55,441 nt of DNA from Brevinematales bacterium (GCA_026417755.1 JAOACQ010000104.1:1-55441), one strand, 5' to 3'. Positions 31,772 through 40,770 are shown, counted from the first letter of the stretch. Notes: generated by a model not told the origin, from the sequence alone. A program made the numbers and translations.

Positions 31772-33488
31772 AAAATTCCTTCATCCTCTTTAACAAAATT
31801 TTATTATGTATTGGTAAGCCAATAGTAATACGCACGAAATTTTCTGGATAACCAAAATCAACAAGATGTCTCAATGAAATTCCTTTCTCATTAAGAAAAG
31901 AAATCAACTCTTTAGCTTCATTTCCAAAATCTACGAAGAAAAAATTGGCATAAGGTTCCAAATATTTTATTCCTAAATCCTTAAAACCTTTTTGAAGTAA
32001 AATTTTACCTTTTTCAACAAAAGAAAGAGTTTTATAAAGAAAAGTCTCATCTTTCAAAGCATTTATAGCTCCTATTTGTTGCAATTTACCAAGATTAAAA
32101 GGCAACCTTATTTTTTCAATCTGATAAATCAAATCTTCATGCATTATTCCATACCCGACCCTTAAAGAAGCAAGTCCAAAAGCCTTTGAAAAAGTATGAA
32201 TTATTATCAAATTGTTATATTTTTCTATTAAAGGGATTACTGAATTATTCAATCCGGCAAAATGTATATATGCTTCATCAATTATCACAGGAATGTCAGA
32301 AGGAATTTTCCTAAGAAATTTTTCTATATCATCTTTAGAAACAAAAGTCGATGTCGGATTATCAGGATTGGCAAACAAAACTACCTTTTTGCCATTAATT
32401 TCAGTTACTTTATCAAAAATCTTATTTAAATCTATCTTAAAATCTGTTCTCTCTACCTCACAGATACGTGCTCCCCTACACTTAGATTGCAAATAATAAA
32501 GAATAAAACTCTTTTCGGGAAGAATTAATGTCAACCCTTCTGTGATAAAAAGAGAAAATATCATGCTTATAACTTCTCCAGAACCATCGCCAAAAATTAT
32601 ATTTTCTTTTTTTATATAAATATTATTTTTTTCAAGAAAAGAAACTATAGACATTTTTAAGTCTGTCATTTTTGAATCAGGATAAATATTTAAATTAGAA
32701 TTCAATGCTCTTTTTATAGCTTTTAAAGAAAGTGGAGAAGTCCCAAGTAAGTTTTCATTTGAAGAAAGTTTTATAGCCTTTCCTTTCTTTTTTGAAACCT
32801 TGCCTGCTTTGTAAAAATCGAGTAAAAGAATATCCCTTCTAACAGAATCAATAATATTCTCCTCAAGAATTATCGGTTTATCAGGGAAACTATCATAATC
32901 AATCTTGCCATCCGCAAACATCTTAATCACTTTAGGTAAAATAATATGTTCTTTCTGTAGAATCCTTGCAGCCAAATTTTCTGGTGTGTCATTTTCCATA
33001 ACTTTAACTTTAGCCTGCATTATTCGTTTCCCACCATCTACAAGTTCATTCACAAAATGAACTGTGCATCCAGATTCCTTTTCTTTTGCCTCAATAACCC
33101 TTTTATGAGTATTTAAGCCAGGATATTTTGGTAGTAAAGAAGGATGAATATTAATTATTCTATTCCGAAATGCATTTATAAAATTTTGTTTTATTACTCT
33201 CATAAATCCAGCTAAAACAACAAGATCGACATTATTCTCTTTAAGTTTATTTATATAATTCTGTTCTGCCTCACCTTCTAATTTTGTTTTATAAATACCT
33301 GGATCTAAATATTCTGCCTTTATATTATGCAATTTACAGATTTCTAATGCCCTTGCCGCTTTATTATCACTCAATACTATAGCAATTTCAACATTTTTAA
33401 GTTCTCCATTTTCTATTGCCTTAATAATTGCTTCAAGGTTTGAACCTCTACCTGAAACCAAAATCCCCAATTTCAGTTTCTCCATCAT
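31755..33488 (-). CDS. fusion protein: phosphoribosylglycinamide formyltransferase (PurN) N-terminal domain + histidinol-phosphate aminotransferase-like (HisC family) C-terminal domain
   Basis: Residues 1-~195 carry GSNLEAI, INIHPSLLP and VHFV..ELDGG-like PurN motifs. Residues ~215-577 carry SSNENLLG, NPDNPT and FSKAFGLASLRVGY class I/II aminotransferase motifs. It is one uninterrupted frame. Confidence 0.8.
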   Translation of the reverse strand: MMEKLKLGILVSGRGSNLEAIIKAIENGELKNVEIAIVLSDNKAARALEICKLHNIKAEYLDPGIYKTKLEGEAEQNYINKLKENNVDLVVLAGFMRVIKQNFINAFRNRIINIHPSLLPKYPGLNTHKRVIEAKEKESGCTVHFVNELVDGGKRIMQAKVKVMENDTPENLAARILQKEHIILPKVIKMFADGKIDYDSFPDKPIILEENIIDSVRRDILLLDFYKAGKVSKKKGKAIKLSSNENLLGTSPLSLKAIKRALNSNLNIYPDSKMTDLKMSIVSFLEKNNIYIKKENIIFGDGSGEVISMIFSLFITEGLTLILPEKSFILYYLQSKCRGARICEVERTDFKIDLNKIFDKVTEINGKKVVLFANPDNPTSTFVSKDDIEKFLRKIPSDIPVIIDEAYIHFAGLNNSVIPLIEKYNNLIIIHTFSKAFGLASLRVGYGIMHEDLIYQIEKIRLPFNLGKLQQIGAINALKDETFLYKTLSFVEKGKILLQKGFKDLGIKYLEPYANFFFVDFGNEAKELISFLNEKGISLRHLVDFGYPENFVRITIGLPIHNKILLKRMKEFYGRKN

Positions 33489-34810
33489 CTACCGCCAAAG
33501 ATATTAATTATATCATTAAAGAAAATAAACACAGAAAGAAAAATTATAAACAATAAACCAACATACTCTATTGTTAACCTGACCTTAATTGGTATTCTTA
33601 TCGGAGTAACCGTCTCAATAAAATTAAGTATGACATGACTACCATCAAGACCCGGTATAGGTAATAAATTAAAAAATGCAAGAGCAACACTTATCAAAGC
33701 CATAAATCTTAATAAAGTAACAAAATCGGTATTCATTGCTATCTCGCTGGTAAAACCAATAATTCTTAAAGGCCCAGACAAATTTTTCTGTGCATTTATT
33801 TTACCTTTAAACATAGCTGCAATACTTTGTACAGTTTCTACTATCATTGCATTAATACTTTTTTGTGCCATTTCAAAACTTGATAAAAAGTTTTTTGCTT
33901 TAATAATTCTTTCTTGAATAAGAGTTTCAGAGGGATATATTCCCAAAAATCCCTTTCCTTCAAATCTATCTATTAATATCTTATTGGTAAAAATACTTCC
34001 TTTTCTTTCATAAACAATACTTACTTCTTGACCTGCTTTTTCTTTGATAACCGCAGAAATATCATGATAATAACTTATCTTATGATTATCAATTAAAAGA
34101 ATCTTATCGCCTTTTTTTAAACCCCCCTTTTCTGCCGGGCTGTTTGAAAGAATCTCCCCTATCACAGGCAAATAAACCGGGCTTACTCCAATATAAGAAA
34201 GTCCTCTATTTTTATCAAATGAAAGTTCTGCAAAGAGTTCATTAGTTTTATTTTCTCTTACAAAGGTTATTTTTATTCTTTTATCTTTGCTTAAATTAAT
34301 AAACTTGGGAATATCTGCATAGTTTTCTACATTTTTATCATCAATTGCAATAATATAATCAAGATTTTTTAAACCTGCAGAGAAAGCGGGTGTTTCTTTT
34401 CCATCTATTTTCTCTATAACTTCAACATATGGTAAAATTATAGTTTCCTTAAAGCCAGCAAAAAATATTATAGCTAAAACTATTAAAGCAAATAGATAAT
34501 TAAAAGCTGGGCCAGCAAGAACGGTTAATAGTCTTGCATAAGGGGGCCTGTTATACATAGCTTTTGGATCATTCTTTGCCTCTTCTTCACCTTCTCCTTT
34601 CAACTTACAATATCCACCAAAAGGAAGTAAACTTATCCTGTATCTTGTTTCTCCCAAAGTAAAACCAAAGAGTTCCTTCCCAAAGCCAATTGAAAAAGCC
34701 TCAACACCTATTCCATTTAATTTAGCAAGCAAAAAATGCCCAAGTTCATGAACAAAGATTAAAACTCCCATCACTAAAAAAGCAACAATTATCCCAATCA
34801 CATCTAACAT
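33485..34810 (-). CDS. rseP: RIP metalloprotease RseP (site-2 protease, M50 family, PDZ-containing)
   Basis: HELGHF zinc motif in TM1, central PDZ, C-terminal LNLLPIPGLDG. ATG 34810 is preferred because the upstream extension runs into the tRNA promoter. Confidence 0.9.
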   Translation of the reverse strand: MLDVIGIIVAFLVMGVLIFVHELGHFLLAKLNGIGVEAFSIGFGKELFGFTLGETRYRISLLPFGGYCKLKGEGEEEAKNDPKAMYNRPPYARLLTVLAGPAFNYLFALIVLAIIFFAGFKETIILPYVEVIEKIDGKETPAFSAGLKNLDYIIAIDDKNVENYADIPKFINLSKDKRIKITFVRENKTNELFAELSFDKNRGLSYIGVSPVYLPVIGEILSNSPAEKGGLKKGDKILLIDNHKISYYHDISAVIKEKAGQEVSIVYERKGSIFTNKILIDRFEGKGFLGIYPSETLIQERIIKAKNFLSSFEMAQKSINAMIVETVQSIAAMFKGKINAQKNLSGPLRIIGFTSEIAMNTDFVTLLRFMALISVALAFFNLLPIPGLDGSHVILNFIETVTPIRIPIKVRLTIEYVGLLFIIFLSVFIFFNDIINIFGGR

Positions 34811-34875
34811 AAAAACCCCTGTTAAATAGGTTATTTTATTATAATTTAATAATAAAATCAAATTTTGGAAAGTAT

Positions 34876-34904
34876 TTGACACTTTTGTCTAAATTATGTA
34901 AAAT
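34876..34904 (+). promoter_or_regulatory. candidate sigma-70 promoter for the tRNA pair
   Basis: TTGACA (34876..34881), 17-nt spacer, TAAAAT (34899..34904), 13 nt before the tRNA 5' end. Confidence 0.6.
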
Positions 34905-34917
34905 ATATATATTAAGT

Positions 34918-34988
34918 TGGGGCGTTGTGTAATGGCAGCACGACAGACTCTGGATCTGTTTGTGAGGGTTCGACTCCTTCCGCCCCAG
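34918..34988 (+). tRNA. tRNA-Gln (anticodon CTG)
   Basis: Hand-folded cloverleaf: acceptor TGGGGCG/CGCCCCA (U1-A72), D stem GTGT/GCAC, anticodon stem ACAGA/TCTGT with loop CTCTGGA, T arm GAGGG-TTCGACT-CCTTC. No encoded CCA. Confidence 0.85.
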
Positions 34989-34996
34989 CAGCTTAT

Positions 34997-35071
34997 GGCC
35001 CTATCGTCTAGCCTGGTCTAGGACACCGCCCTCTCACGGCGGCGACTCGGGTTCAAATCCCGATAGGGCTA
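34997..35071 (+). tRNA. tRNA-Glu (anticodon CTC)
   Basis: Acceptor GGCCCTA/TAGGGCT, GTCTAG...GGAC D arm, CCGCC-CTCTCAC-GGCGG anticodon arm, T arm TCGGG-TTCAAAT-CCCGA. Resembles the canonical tRNA-Glu core. Confidence 0.85.
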
Positions 35072-35076
35072 AAAAA

Positions 35077-35108
35077 GGGTGTTGCTTTCGCAACACCCTT
35101 TTATTTTT
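35077..35108. terminator. bidirectional intrinsic terminator (tRNA pair on +, outer-membrane-like gene on -)
   Basis: GGGTGTTGC / GCAACACCC stem, 4-nt loop, flanked by AAAAAA upstream and TTTTATTTTT downstream. Confidence 0.8.
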
Positions 35109-35790
35109 AAAACTTGTAAAGCACTCCTATCAAACCCCCTCCATATGTACCATAATAGCTACCCTCAAAATTTATAGCAAAATTATCAGTTATAAAGTAA
35201 CTTACTCCTCCAAGAGAAGCAACCCCTACTCCACCATAAGTATATCCTAAAGAATTTAAGTAAGCTGCGTCTCCCGTATAAGAAGCACTAAAAAATCTCA
35301 CACCAAGGCCTATATAAAGATCTGTTCTTTTAAGAAACTCTGGCAAGGTTTCTATAGCTTTTGGCCCAAAATGAAGCGTCGCAAAAGCACCTGCTCCAAA
35401 AAGCATAAAACCATAGTTTCCTCCATAAGCTGTAGTTGACCAGGAGTAATATACTCCCCTGACTGCAACTCCTAAATCAAGCGGAATTTTGTTATCAATC
35501 TTAAATTGATAAAAAGTGTATTCAATACCTGGATATATATCAAAACCGCCCCAGAAAAATGCAAAACCTATCCCTAAATTAACAGCAAAAGTCCCTGGTT
35601 TAAAATAACTATCAAGGTTGCCATCCGACTCCTTCTTTTCTTCTTTTTTTGTTTCAGTTTTTTTCGTGTCTTTTTTAGTTGTTTCAGTCTTTGTAGTAGT
35701 TTTTGTATCCTCTTTTTTGGTTGTAGTGGCCGAAAAAGTCCATCCAGATACTAAAACCATTACAATGAAATAAACAAAAATTCTTTTCAT
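35107..35790 (-). CDS. putative outer-membrane beta-barrel protein with a Lys/Thr/Glu-rich N-terminal low-complexity region
   Basis: Signal peptide, TTTKKEDTKTTTKTETTKKDTKKTETKKEEKKE tract, then Gly/Tyr/Phe-rich alternating strands ending in ...VLYKF (C-terminal Phe). Confidence 0.6.
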   Translation of the reverse strand: MKRIFVYFIVMVLVSGWTFSATTTKKEDTKTTTKTETTKKDTKKTETKKEEKKESDGNLDSYFKPGTFAVNLGIGFAFFWGGFDIYPGIEYTFYQFKIDNKIPLDLGVAVRGVYYSWSTTAYGGNYGFMLFGAGAFATLHFGPKAIETLPEFLKRTDLYIGLGVRFFSASYTGDAAYLNSLGYTYGGVGVASLGGVSYFITDNFAINFEGSYYGTYGGGLIGVLYKF

Positions 35791-36004
35791 TTTTTTCCTC
35801 CTATATTAAAAGTTTCCTAAACTTTAAAAAATTGATATTACAAAGAAACAAAATAAAATCATAATAAAAATTAATTCTATTATAAAGGAATATATCAAAA
35901 TTGATTAAAAGATTAATTATCGATGATATTGTAACTTTCTTTTCTTGTGATTTAATATTTTTCCTCATTCAAAAAATTTTAATTTATTAATTTTAAACCA
36001 AAAA

Positions 36005-36874
36005 CTATTCAAATATATAAAAAACTTGCTGCTTTGCTAAGCCTTTAAAACCATATTCTTTAATTTTATCAAGAAATTTTTCCCAATTATCACCATAATG
36101 AGAAAGAAGCATTTTTGATTTTATTTTCACTGGAAGATCTTTTATTTCTTCAATAGAAGCATGAACACCACCGGTATAAAATTGACAATCATGTATGATA
36201 AGTTCAAAATTAAAAATCTCGTCATAACCGATAATAAGCTCCGGATCATATCTCGTATCACTAGTAAACAAAATTCTATCATCTATTATAATACCACAGC
36301 TCCAGAAAGATGTTTCCCAACTATCTGAATTATCTGGGATATGTTTGGTTCTGAACATCTTTATATTGAGATTATCAAGAGTAACTTCTAAAGTCTCTCT
36401 GGGATAATTTGGTAGCCATTTAGGTCTTATAACATTAAAGAAATCTGCAAATGTTAGAACAGCTCCCGCCTTTTCTTCACTATAGGCACAACCTCCTCTT
36501 AAAGATAAATCCCAAAGAAGATGTTGATAAGTCTCATTAATAATCATTGTAGGCTTCTTTTTTGCCATATACCTGTTTACAAGTGCTACTTCTTCAAGCC
36601 CCCCTATATGATCTGCATGAGAATGTGTTATCAAAAGTTTTTCAATATCGGTAACAGACAAACCAAGTTCGTAAAGAGCCTGCGGACACTTTGTTCCGCA
36701 ATCTACAAGTAGATGGGTTTTTCCTTTTATAATCAAAAGATTGGTTTGAAAATGTTTCTTTGTAAAGGCACTACCTACACCTACAAAAAACAAAGATAAT
36801 TCTCCACTATTTTTTAACTCAAGTTTCCCACCCTTAAATTCCTTTTCTCTCACCTGAAGACCTCCATTTTTCAT
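36005..36874 (-). CDS. MBL-fold metallo-hydrolase
   Basis: THSHADHIGG (HxHxDH) motif and downstream His/Asp ligand positions. Confidence 0.8.
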   Translation of the reverse strand: MKNGGLQVREKEFKGGKLELKNSGELSLFFVGVGSAFTKKHFQTNLLIIKGKTHLLVDCGTKCPQALYELGLSVTDIEKLLITHSHADHIGGLEEVALVNRYMAKKKPTMIINETYQHLLWDLSLRGGCAYSEEKAGAVLTFADFFNVIRPKWLPNYPRETLEVTLDNLNIKMFRTKHIPDNSDSWETSFWSCGIIIDDRILFTSDTRYDPELIIGYDEIFNFELIIHDCQFYTGGVHASIEEIKDLPVKIKSKMLLSHYGDNWEKFLDKIKEYGFKGLAKQQVFYIFE

Positions 36875-37013
36875 TAATTTTCCAACTTATTAACTCCAAT
36901 TATGTTAACTTTTTTTATAAAAAAGTGCCCTCATTCTTTTCAACTTTTGTTTTTCCACCAAAAGTTTTAAAGATTTTTGAAATATCTTTTCTATTTTTCT
37001 AGGTTATATTATA

Positions 37014-37844
37014 TTAACTATATAAATAATTTGCAAGAAATGGATAATTAATTTTGATATAAGCTAGAATTCTTTTTTCTATTTGTCTGATTCCTTCTGA
37101 AGTGAGAGAATATTTTTTACCTAATTCCATAAGTGTTGTTTTCTTATCAGATGAAAAACCAAATCTTTCTTTTAAAACTTCCTTCTCTCTATCAGGCACA
37201 GAAATTAATACCTTTTTTATATCATCTTCCATCATCTTCTTTTCTATAACCACCTCTGGATTGTATGAATTGTCAGAAATATTATCAAGAAGCTCATCAT
37301 TTGTTTCACAAAAAGAAGAAAAAGATACTTCAGCGGTATTTGAACTTATACTTTTTAATACATCAAATATCAGTTTTTTTGAAACATTTGTTTCTTTTTC
37401 AATTTCGTTTATATTTGGTATTCTCCCATTTATCTTTTGAAAATATTTAACAAAATTCATTACTTTCCTATAACTTTCTGCCATTCTGAATGAAGCTCCC
37501 CCATTATACTTTGATTTTTCAAACCCTCTAATTATATTTTGTCTGATCCAAAAACAAGCATAAGTTGAAAAACTTTCCCCCTTTTCATAATCAAACTTTT
37601 CAATAGCTCTTATAAGTCCCATATTACCATTTTGAATAATATCCATAAAGGTAATTTCCTTGTTTGGTTTAAATTCTTTTGCTATTTTTATAACAAGCCT
37701 CAAATTTGAATTGATAAGTTTTTCCTTCGCAACATTCGAGCCCTCTTTGAATTTCTTAAATAACTCTCTTTCTTCTTCTCTGTTTAATAAAGGATATTTT
37801 GACACCCCTTTTAAATACTCTTTCAAAATGTTAATTTCTTCCAT
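37014..37844 (-). CDS. sigma-70 family RNA polymerase sigma factor, RpoS/RpoD-like (group 1/2-type region 2)
   Basis: LINSNLRLVIKIAKEF (2.1), GNMGLIRAIEKFDYEKGESFSTYACFWIRQNIIRG (2.2-2.4), TLMELGKKYSLTSEGIRQIEKRIL (4.2). 276 aa, so it lacks the region 1.1 bulk of RpoD. Confidence 0.85.
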   Translation of the reverse strand: MEEINILKEYLKGVSKYPLLNREEERELFKKFKEGSNVAKEKLINSNLRLVIKIAKEFKPNKEITFMDIIQNGNMGLIRAIEKFDYEKGESFSTYACFWIRQNIIRGFEKSKYNGGASFRMAESYRKVMNFVKYFQKINGRIPNINEIEKETNVSKKLIFDVLKSISSNTAEVSFSSFCETNDELLDNISDNSYNPEVVIEKKMMEDDIKKVLISVPDREKEVLKERFGFSSDKKTTLMELGKKYSLTSEGIRQIEKRILAYIKINYPFLANYLYS

Positions 37845-37868
37845 ACCTTCCTCCGTTTATACTTATTC

Positions 37869-37884
37869 CGCAAAAAATATGCCA
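37869..37884 (-). promoter_or_regulatory. candidate sigma-54 (-24/-12) promoter
   Basis: Minus strand reads TGGCATATTTTTTGCG. GG (37883..37882) and GC (37871..37870) have consensus spacing (TGGCAC-N5-TTGCW). GC is 26 nt upstream of the sigma factor ATG, with a GGAGGA SD in between. Confidence 0.6.
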
Positions 37885-38012
37885 CGGAGAAAGAATGAAT
37901 AAAAAAAATAAGTTTAACTCATTGTTTTAAAAAGAAATAGAATTTAAAATAAATAAAAATAAAAAGAGCGAAAATTAATACAATTAATGGGGGGTATATC
38001 AATTTTGATATA

Positions 38013-38489
38013 TCAAATTATATTAATCCATTCCAATTCTGGTGATTCAATTTCAAGACTTGATTTCATAAATATATTGTCTCTATTTTTCTTTTTGGTT
38101 GAAGTCTCAAATATTAGTTTTTTTATTCTATATATATCAATATTTTGTATATATTTCATAATATTAGGAACCTTGATCATATTTTTCAATAATTCCATTG
38201 TTTCAAAGTTGACACTTTTCTCTATAATACCCATATACTTTACAATTTCTCTATAATAATGTTTCTTAATCATTAAAGAAAACATATAATTAAGATTTTC
38301 AGATATAAATGGTGCTATATCTGTTATTTCTTCATTAAGATTTTCTATAAGATTAGAAAAGTGTTTTATATCCTTATCTTTTCTTAAATAAAATAAATAC
38401 TCTTTTATCTCTTTAATAAATGCTTTACTATCTTTCTTGAATAAATTTTTTAAATTTATTATTTCTTCTAAATTAAGATTTTTGTTCAT
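38013..38489 (-). CDS. hypothetical protein (158 aa, predicted helical, Lys/Glu/Asn-rich)
   Basis: Start overlaps the 3' end of the PP2C gene by 17 nt. Same strand as its neighbours. The antisense ORF 37987..38256 is Ile/Phe/Leu-rich mirror noise. Confidence 0.6.
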   Translation of the reverse strand: MNKNLNLEEIINLKNLFKKDSKAFIKEIKEYLFYLRKDKDIKHFSNLIENLNEEITDIAPFISENLNYMFSLMIKKHYYREIVKYMGIIEKSVNFETMELLKNMIKVPNIMKYIQNIDIYRIKKLIFETSTKKKNRDNIFMKSSLEIESPELEWINII

Positions 38490-40320
38490 TATTTTCCCCG
38501 GAAAATTCTATCAAAATCATTGTTATATCATCTATGTAAAAAATATTGTTTTTTTTCTTCTTTTCTATAATAATCTTTTCGATTTTTTCTTTAATTTCCT
38601 TTATAGTTAAGTAATTATTTTCTGAAATAAACTTTTCAAAATTACTTAAATCATTATTAAAAAGTTCTATTACTCCATCAGAAAAAATAAAAATTTTTTC
38701 TCCTTTTTCTATATCTAATTCTCCTCTTTGATATTCATAATCTTCTATAATCCCTACGGGAGGAGAATTAACTATCCCAAAACTGGTCAACTTAAAATCC
38801 TTTTTTGAATATATTGCATGTGGATGCCCTGCTGATGTATAGAAGATTTTCCTTCTTTTTATATCTATTAAACATAGAAAAACAGTTACAAATTTTATTT
38901 CACCTATATTTAAGTTAATTATCTTTTTATTTAATTGTTTTAAATAGAAAGTTAAATCAATATTCTTTGATCTTTCAAACTTCTCTTTATAATCGTTATA
39001 AACATCCTTTACCAGAACAGTAAACATTGAAGAACCAACACCATGTCCTGAAACATCTGCCATTAATGCTATGTAAGAATTTTGCTCTTCAACATCTTTT
39101 ATTTCATCTATGTAAAAAAAGTCTCCCCCAACCTCATCTGAAGGTTCGTAGATGTATTCAAACTTTATCTCTTCGTCCTTTGGAATATTTTCTGGAATTA
39201 GACTTAATTGTAGAAGCCTTGCTGTCTTTAAATCATTAATAAGGCTTATATTTATTTCCTTCAACTTTTCCTGTGTTCTCATATAATCTTCATTATCCAA
39301 AACAAATATTATTATTTCTTCAAGTGTGTTTTTTTGATCTTTCACCGGGAAGAATTTTATGTTATACCATCTATTATATATTTTTATATCTATAGATTTC
39401 TTTATACTCTCCTCTTTTTTTAATTCTTCTACTTCTTTAATTATCTTTTCAGCATACTGTATTGGTAATATTTGATATATATCTCTTCCTATAAAAATAT
39501 TTTCTATACCAAAAATTTTATTAAACATCTCATTTACATATTTAATCTTGTTATCACTACTTAAAAGGATTATTCCTTCTTTTGTATTCTCTAAAATCCT
39601 TTTGTTTAGTGTTACCTGTTTTTTTAAATTTTCTAGCCATATTTCTTCTCTTGAAATATCTTTTATTATCAAAAAGTACCCCAGAATAACACCATTTATT
39701 TCTATCTTTCTTATAAGAAGTTCTGTTTTTATATAATTTTTGTTAATATCCCTGATAAAAAGTTCAGTTTTCTCCTCTCCTACGGGTTTTAATATTTCTG
39801 TTAACTGGAAAAATTCTTCTAAATTGGTTTCTTTAATTAAGTTTTTGAAGTTTTTACCTATTATATTTTCTCCATATCCAAAAATATATTTTGCTCCACT
39901 GTTCCAGCTCGTTATATTAAACTTTTTATCTATCTTTATAAAGGCATAATCTTTAATTTTTTCTATTATGTTTTTTTCTTCCTTTTTCGATAGATATGTA
40001 TCAATTATGATATTAGATAAAAAAGTTTTAATCTTATTTTTATTAAATACAAAAATTTTTCTTGAAAAAATTGCCTTAATAGGGTTTTTAAAGTAGAGAA
40101 CAATTAAAAACAATATTTTTTCTTTCGATATATCTAACTTAATATATTTTAAAGTATTATATACATTATTAAGACTTTTTTTATTTATTTTTTTATAATA
40201 ATTAAATGCTTTCTTTTCGTTTTTGTAATATAAAGTTAAATTGTTATCTTTGTCTGGAAAGTAAATGTAAATGTTATCAAATAAAAATAGTCTTGTGAGT
40301 TTTTGAGATATAAAAATCAA
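38473..40320 (-). CDS. PAS-domain PP2C-type (SpoIIE/RsbU family) serine phosphatase
   Basis: C-terminal PPM motifs GGDFFY, ADVSGHGVGSS and FSDGVIE. Two PAS-like blocks (ITSWNSGAKYIFGY.., IKYVNEMFNKIFG..). The frame stays open upstream to 40488 and there encodes a TM helix. Confidence 0.85.
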   Translation of the reverse strand: MIFISQKLTRLFLFDNIYIYFPDKDNNLTLYYKNEKKAFNYYKKINKKSLNNVYNTLKYIKLDISKEKILFLIVLYFKNPIKAIFSRKIFVFNKNKIKTFLSNIIIDTYLSKKEEKNIIEKIKDYAFIKIDKKFNITSWNSGAKYIFGYGENIIGKNFKNLIKETNLEEFFQLTEILKPVGEEKTELFIRDINKNYIKTELLIRKIEINGVILGYFLIIKDISREEIWLENLKKQVTLNKRILENTKEGIILLSSDNKIKYVNEMFNKIFGIENIFIGRDIYQILPIQYAEKIIKEVEELKKEESIKKSIDIKIYNRWYNIKFFPVKDQKNTLEEIIIFVLDNEDYMRTQEKLKEINISLINDLKTARLLQLSLIPENIPKDEEIKFEYIYEPSDEVGGDFFYIDEIKDVEEQNSYIALMADVSGHGVGSSMFTVLVKDVYNDYKEKFERSKNIDLTFYLKQLNKKIINLNIGEIKFVTVFLCLIDIKRRKIFYTSAGHPHAIYSKKDFKLTSFGIVNSPPVGIIEDYEYQRGELDIEKGEKIFIFSDGVIELFNNDLSNFEKFISENNYLTIKEIKEKIEKIIIEKKKKNNIFYIDDITMILIEFSGENNEQKS

Positions 40321-40770
40321 AATATCCTTTGTTAAATCTGTAGACTCACTTTTTAAAATAATATAGTTATTTAATATCTCTTCTATATATTTATCTGTCC
40401 TATAAAAAATAAGTAAAAAGTCTATAATTATAAGAAAAGTTAAAATAAAAATGAAGATCTGTATTTCCAGAGTATCTCTCCTTATTATTTAAAATTTTAA
40501 AATAAACAGTCAGTAGTATACATAGAGTATAATTCTTTTTTGCCATCATTTTTAATAAATAGTTAACTATAATATAATTATATTTTAAAATAATTGTGCA
40601 AAAAAAATAAGTTTTTTGTTTATTTTTTTATTAAATGTAAATAACTAATTTGGTTTTAATAGCAGAAATTTTTAAATAAAGTAAAAAGTTAATTTTTTTT
40701 AATATTTTTTGCAAAAAAAAGACACAAAAAAATGCACAGTTTTTTCATATTTTTCCGAAATAATTATATT

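Noticed and set aside
38005-38022. Palindrome TTGATATATCAA near the stop of the 158-aa ORF, as a possible operator for the sigma gene.
   Set aside because: It is a short pure-AT palindrome, which is expected by chance in this composition. It also lies about 140 nt upstream of the sigma-54 site with no second half-site.
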